64,000 bases of DNA. Origin: Lama guanicoe. Lineage: Eukaryota. The stretch is from the NCBI GenBank assembly GCA_013239625.1, contig MU054413.1, positions 4,482,861 through 4,546,860 on the forward strand, read 5' to 3'. Below, piece by piece: positions 57,811 to 64,000 of the stretch (within the stretch, counting starts at the first letter, position 1; each line of letters starts with the position of its first letter). Position numbers and translations under genes: made by a program. Under the pieces are notes generated by a model that ran no database searches, was not told the origin of the DNA, and worked only from the letters and a program-made list of their open reading frames with translations.

Positions 57811-59099
57811 CAGGGCCAGGGGCAGGGCCAGTTATTGGTCATCTCATGCCCACCTGCCCATCTAGCCTGGCCAAAGCCATTGTCAGATTCAGCCTCAGGT
57901 CCCCACCTCCTAGGCAGGGTCAGGCTTGGGGTGGGATGCTGGGGAAGAGGGGCAGCCCCACCTCCTCCTTCACGTAAGGCTGCCAGCAGCTGGGATGGGA
58001 GTAACATCTGTCCTTACCCGAGGAGCTTAGCCTGAACCAGGATCCCCACAAAGAGGATTAAGGGAGCTGGGTGAGGGAGGAGGAGCCCAGGGGGCTGGAG
58101 GATGAGGAGGCCTGGGCAGTGCAGGCAGCTGCTTGATTTGGCCCAGTGGCCCTGAGGGAGCCAGATGGTGTTGGCTTCGGACAAATGGAGGAGCCCCAGG
58201 AGGGTGCTGGTCGCATCCCTGCTTGGCATCTCTAATGGCCAGGAGCATCCCCTCTAGAGGCAGATGGGTCTCGGCTCGAATCCCAGGTCCGCTTCTAATT
58301 GGCTGTGTGACCTTGGGAAGTCAGTCAGTCCCAACATCTCAGTTTCCACCTCTATAAAATGGGCAAGAAGGCAGGACCAGCCTCGTAGTGGATTCAGTGA
58401 GAGGGCGTATCCAGCGGGCCACGCTCAGTTATCAGCCCCGGAAGAGGTGCTTTGCAGTGATGGGCCACGTTAACATCACTACTTCTTTTGCTCCAGTCCA
58501 GGCCATGCGGGCCTTTTGCCTCTCACCTGTCTGGAAGTTTTCACATGGTGCCCTTGGATTTTACCCACCGTTCCCATCTGGCCAGGCATCCATCTCGGCC
58601 CCCTCCTTCCCAAGCCTTGGGGTAGCCGGGCTCCTCAGCGATTTACCCACATTCCTTTTAAAGCGACTCAGGACCTTCTGAGCAGCTACCCTCCCTGGCT
58701 GCTGATGCCTTCACACTTACGGATACAGCTCATGTGGCTGGGGACACTCACAAGCTTCAGGCTCCTTCCACGTGGCTATCAGCTGGTAAGCTCCTAAGCC
58801 TGGCAAATCGTACCACCAGCTCTGGGCCTGGCCCCTGCCCAGCTTGCATCCTAGACCCTTAGCAAGCTGAGTTCGTTTCAGTTCCCGGGGTTCTGTTGTA
58901 CATCTCGGCCTTGGCGTGTGCCGTTCCATGTGCCTAGGACACTCTCACCGCCCTCAGCGCTGGTGCAGGGGTATCAAACTCCTGCAGGTGTGTCAGGGGC
59001 TCCCTTTTCTCAGTCTTCTGCAACCTGCCCCCCAAGCCAGGCAGCTAATGCTTCCCTTCTCCGTGCTGTCTCCAACCTGTATACGATTTTCTTAGCGGT

Positions 59100-59360
59100 C
59101 CCTGTCCACATCTGTCTCCCCGACTAGAGAGGGAAGCAGGCTTTGCAAGATCTTACTCATCTTCAGTTTCCCAGGACTTAGCAGAGGGGATTGCACATGA
59201 TAACTGAGGGATCAATCAGTGTTTATTTGGATAGATGGATGGATGTAATAGGAACTCAAAAAATGCTTATATGAATAGCTAGATGGATGGATGACTATAA
59301 AAAAAGCTCAATAGATGTTTACCTAAGTGAATGAATGAATGACTGGATAAAAGGTGGATG
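59100..59360 (+). mobile_element. L2 3' end with degenerate (TGGA/TGAA)n tail
   Basis: tgtctccccgactaga...ttactcatcttcagtttcccaggacttagca...ggatggatg...gctcaatagatgttt...tgaatgaatgaatga. Confidence 0.7.
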
Positions 59361-59582
59361 AAAACCCTTCAAGAGTCTCTCTGCTTTACTCATAATGAAA
59401 CATTTACCCACATCAGACTTGGAACTCCTTAAAGTAGGACCTGTGTCTTTCTCAAGTGTGGAGAACCCAAGTAATGCTGAGGACCCTGTCTCCCCATCAG
59501 ACCAGGTTCCCTGTGGGTGTACATGTGTCGGGGGTACACACAGAAGGGCCCTCCTTTCCAGCACCAGCCTTCTTTGCTCTCA

Positions 59583-60056
<474 letters not shown>

Positions 60057-62799
60057 TTAAAATGTTTTCTGGATGCTGGCAGTGGGGGCAGGAGCCTGCG
60101 GGGTTCAGGAGGGAGGCACCGGGCTCCCATACTTGGGGCTGGCTCTCCCTGACAGGACAGACGGGCCCTGGAGATTCCTTCTTGATGAGGCCCCTCCCCT
60201 CATCCTCTCACTAACCATCACCACCACAGCCCAGCTCTGCGCACCACCAGCGTGAAGGGGGTCAGAAAGAGGCCTCCAGGCCACACCCAGCAGGGAAGAT
60301 GCACTCAAGCACACTGTGCCCAGGTAATTGTCACATCGTGGTCGGGTGTATGTGGCTTAGCCTCTCCTGTTCTCCAAACTCAGATTTCCTGGGCCTAGTC
60401 TGGCTGGGCTTGGGGGTGGGGGCAGGAGGGGGGATGCTGGCGTGGTTGAGAGTGGTCCTGGACTGAGCTCAGACCCCGCCCAGTCATGGGATCCTACTTG
60501 ACAGAGACTGAAGCCTGGTAGCAAGTCCTCTAGATTCTGCTTCAGAGCCAGGCCAAGGGGCTGGTGGGGGTGGGGGAAGGGTGGCTTCCATGTTACCCCT
60601 TCCTTCTTTAACAATTTTCCATGCCTTCCCAGGCAATGCCAGAGTTAGACACTGAGTCCAAGGTCACGAAACAGGTTGGGGCTGAACTGGGACTCCAGGC
60701 CTGGGTGTGACTGCCTGTGGGTCTTCCATCAGGACACCTAGAAGTTATCCACAGGGGTTGGAGTATAAGCCAGCTGCAAAGGAGATGGTGGTGCCTTCTG
60801 ACATCCTCATGTCCTTGGTGCTGGGAGAGACTGGGCTGTCCCCAGGGCAGCCACTCTCCCCCAACATGCAGCATTGAGTCTGCCTTGGAGCCAAAGCAGG
60901 GAGGGGTCTTAGGAGCTGCCAGGACCCAGAATTGGGAAGTGAGCAGATGTGCTAGGGGACCCCCTGTGGGGCCCAGACTCTGGAGTCACGCCACCTTCAC
61001 CCACAACTAGCGCCTGACCTAGGGCAGCCCCTCACTTCTCCGAGCCCCAGTCGCCCCGTCTGGAAAATGGGGATGACAGATCACGGCTTGGTGGCAGGAA
61101 TTTTTGTTTTGTTGAGGGCATTATGACTGCTATCACAACGTGGTTTGTGTGAGGCAAGATTTAAAAATGGATGGAGGAAAAAGAAACAAACTGTTTTATC
61201 CTCCCTCTGGGGGAGAAAAGGGAGAGGGAGAGACGAAGGAAAGAAAAAGGGCAAGCGTGCAGCAGCACGGGCCGCCGTGGTGGGGCTGTTGTGAGGAGTA
61301 AACAAGACGAGGCTCACACGATGTCTGGCAAAGTGCCTGGCGCGTGGGGTGCTCCCCAATGGGGCTGCCCTTGGCCTTGACTCTGCCCCCCAAAGGCTCC
61401 GCTGGAAGCACAGCTGTACTGACCAGCTCCCAGCCCGGGCTGCGCATGCAGCTCTTTCTTTAAAGACAGAGCTCCCTGCACGTGATCTGTGGAACACAGG
61501 AGGACTGCCACGAGTAGAAGCGTCCCCCTTGAGAGGGCAGCAGTGGGCCCTCACCTCTGCCTCCTGTGCCCTCTAAAACACGCCCTCTCCAAGGCCACGG
61601 GCAGCATCTGGTCTCTGCGTGGAAAGCCATGCAAATCAGTTAATTCCCTGCCCAGCAGCCTCCCTCTGCTAACCGAGTTATTCCGTTTATTTACATGATG
61701 TCACACCCAATTAACAGGGTCAGTGACCACCGCATGGCGCTCTCAGAGTTGCCTGCCCACAGCACCCAACCCTGGCACCACCTCCTAGGGCTCTGGGCTT
61801 CCAAGTGGCCTCTGAGGCCAGTCTCAGGGGCCCAGTTTTGTTCTGGCCCCCAGGCACCCAGCCTCCCTTATCTGGCCAGTCCACCTGGGAGCTTCTCCAC
61901 CCTTGCCCCAGCCAGCTCTCGTGGCCTTCAGCTTGGGCTATGGGTGGTCACTCGTGGGCGCAGCTCATCGGTAGAAGGATGTCCGGCATCCCGTTGAGTA
62001 GCTGTTGCTCGGCGGCTCCGTGGCCTTGGCCAGACCTCCTCCCTTCTCTGTACTTCAGCCGTCCATGTAGACTACAAGGTGACTGGTGTGTACAGAGACT
62101 AAGAGATGCAATGTGATGAACAGGACAGACCTGGACCAAACCCCATCTCAGCCACTGAGTCATGTAGCCCTGGGTGTGTTCCTGAGCTTCAGATATCTCT
62201 TATCTGCAAAATGGGGTGGGGACAGTTTCCAGGGTTGCTGCAAAGTTTAGAAACAACATACGTAATGACATCCCCACCGCAGAGCAGGTGCCAGGTGAAG
62301 ACTGCTCTTGGTCAGTATGCTAGGGTCTCTGTGTGGTTTCTTGTTTCTCCTGTGAGCTCCTTGAGAGTAGAATTAGTGCCCCATTCACCTCCAGAACCCC
62401 AAAGACAGGCACAAGGCCAGGTCCATGCAGAGATGTTTGGTGAGCAGTTAGCTGTCCAAAGGATGGTCTGTCTACAGAGCAGGCCAGCCATCTGGCAGCT
62501 TCAGAACAGGTCCCCAGTGCCACATGGAGGGGCCAGGGCTGGGTGGGGTGAGCTTGGCCAGCCTTTGATGGTCTGGGGATGGGAGCTGGGGATGTCCAGA
62601 TTTGAATCATAGGCAGAGGCCTACCTGGCTGTGGTTGTTACTGGATGCTACTAATAATTCATCCCCCACCAGGAAGCCTGCCCATCTCTTCAATTCCTCA
62701 AAAGATCTGGGCTCTATCCACTGGCCACTGAGCCTGCTGGGGTAGGAGTAGGGGACACCAGTGCCCACTCTAGGGATTGGCTACTCAGACCAAGTGATG

Positions 62800-63115
62800 A
62801 TGAATGCATCTTCTTATCAATCCATCTGTGAATCAAATGATCCATCCATTCGTCTACTCACCCATCCATCCAAAAATGAATCAATTCATCCATGCGTCTA
62901 TCCATTTGCCCACCTACCCATTCATCCATTCACTACTTTATCCATCACTCATCCATCCATTCATCTATCTTCCTATCCATCCAGAATCTATCCAACCACC
63001 CACTTATCCATTCACTCATTATTTATCTATCCATCATCTATATCCACCCACCTAACTGCCCATCCATATGTCCATCCATCCACCCACACATTCATTCCCT
63101 TAGCTATTCACCTAT
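62800..63115 (+). repeat. Degenerate (TCCA/CATC)n simple repeat
   Basis: About 310 bp of catc/ccat/tcta units. Confidence 0.92.
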
Positions 63116-64000
63116 CAGGCCACTCCTCCCCTGTTCTTCTCCAACATATTTGGGCCCTACCCTGGCCTGGGCTCTGCTAACTTACAGATGAATACGGCCC
63201 ACCCAAGGAACTCAGCCTGGTGGGAGACCTGATGCATATACCTCACTGGGCCTATAGCTTAAGGTAGAAAGAGCAGGATGGGTGAGGGAGCTGGGTGTCC
63301 AGGAAAGTCGGGGCTCAGAAATGGGAGGTGCAGATACTCAAAAGGGCACCTGGGGTTTGGGAGGGCTGCTGTGCAGGAATTAGCTCATTTGCATGGATTT
63401 GCATGTGGAGCCCAGATGTGCCTGTGACCTCTGAGTGGAGCACATTATAAAGAAGGCACTGATTCTTCCAGCACCCAAGGCTAAGAAAGCACAAGGGCAG
63501 CTAAGCCAGGGGCCTGGAGGGAAGATGGACAGCAGGGTGCACAGGGGCTGGTGATTGCCAGTAGCAGGTAGAACCAGGGAGGGTGGGGAGGGAAAGGTGC
63601 GCGGTCAAAGTGAGGCAGGGAAGAGTCCGAGGTTGTGAGGCCCCTGATGGGAGCTGTAACCCTACCAGCCAGAGGGAGGCACCGCCAGCACATGCATCCT
63701 CCTCAGAGCATGCAGACTTTTCTCTTCTGATTAGGGTACTGGGCATCTGAGAATCAACAGCCTTCAGCCAGTAGCAGCTGCCCTCTGGGGAGGCTGTGGA
63801 GCAGACAGACATCAGTGCTGAACTGTGTGTGACCGGAGGTGCGGGAGAGGGCATGGATGGCGCAGGGAGCTCTGGATGGCCCAGGGGGCATCTGGACATC
63901 CAGCTCACCCTCACGCTCGCGCCGCTGTCTGGCTCAAAAGCAGAGCTGTGTGTGTGTGGGTGCACATGTGTGTAGGGGGCCGGCTGGGGGAAAGCAGCGG

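Noticed and set aside
62761-63191. His/Pro/Ser/Ile-rich ORFs
   Set aside because: Translations of the (TCCA)n simple repeat.

Overview
Eutherian mammalian genomic DNA from a GC-rich region full of old MIR and L2 repeats, with a few DNA transposons (MER5A, three MER3, one MER2/Tigger-like), two LTRs (MLT1, LTR16-like) and only small L1 remnants. I recognised one young SINE, a tRNA-Ala-derived element of the camelid vic-1 type, and no Alu, B1/B2, Bov-A/BovB, PRE-1 or Can-SINE, so the source is probably a camelid (inference). I found no credible protein-coding exon; the ORF track looks like chance ORFs. The main feature is a CpG island (~24.6-26.5 kb, broken by two N gaps). It holds a probable non-coding first exon of a minus-strand gene with a (GCC)7 tract and a perfect CAG|GTAAGT donor at 24973. 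On that reading, 1-24972 is intron 1 and the rest is upstream sequence, with further promoter-like islets at ~28.6, 38.9 and 48.4 kb. Many repeat-free blocks carry homeodomain, SOX, TCF, POU and TALE motifs, as in a developmental or neural regulatory landscape. I cannot name the gene and see no evidence of a new multi-gene system. The best leads are a palindromic block at 12.9-13.0 kb, possible divergent or antisense transcription, and several compact motif modules. All repeat names and motif calls were made by eye from remembered consensus sequences; boundaries are approximate.
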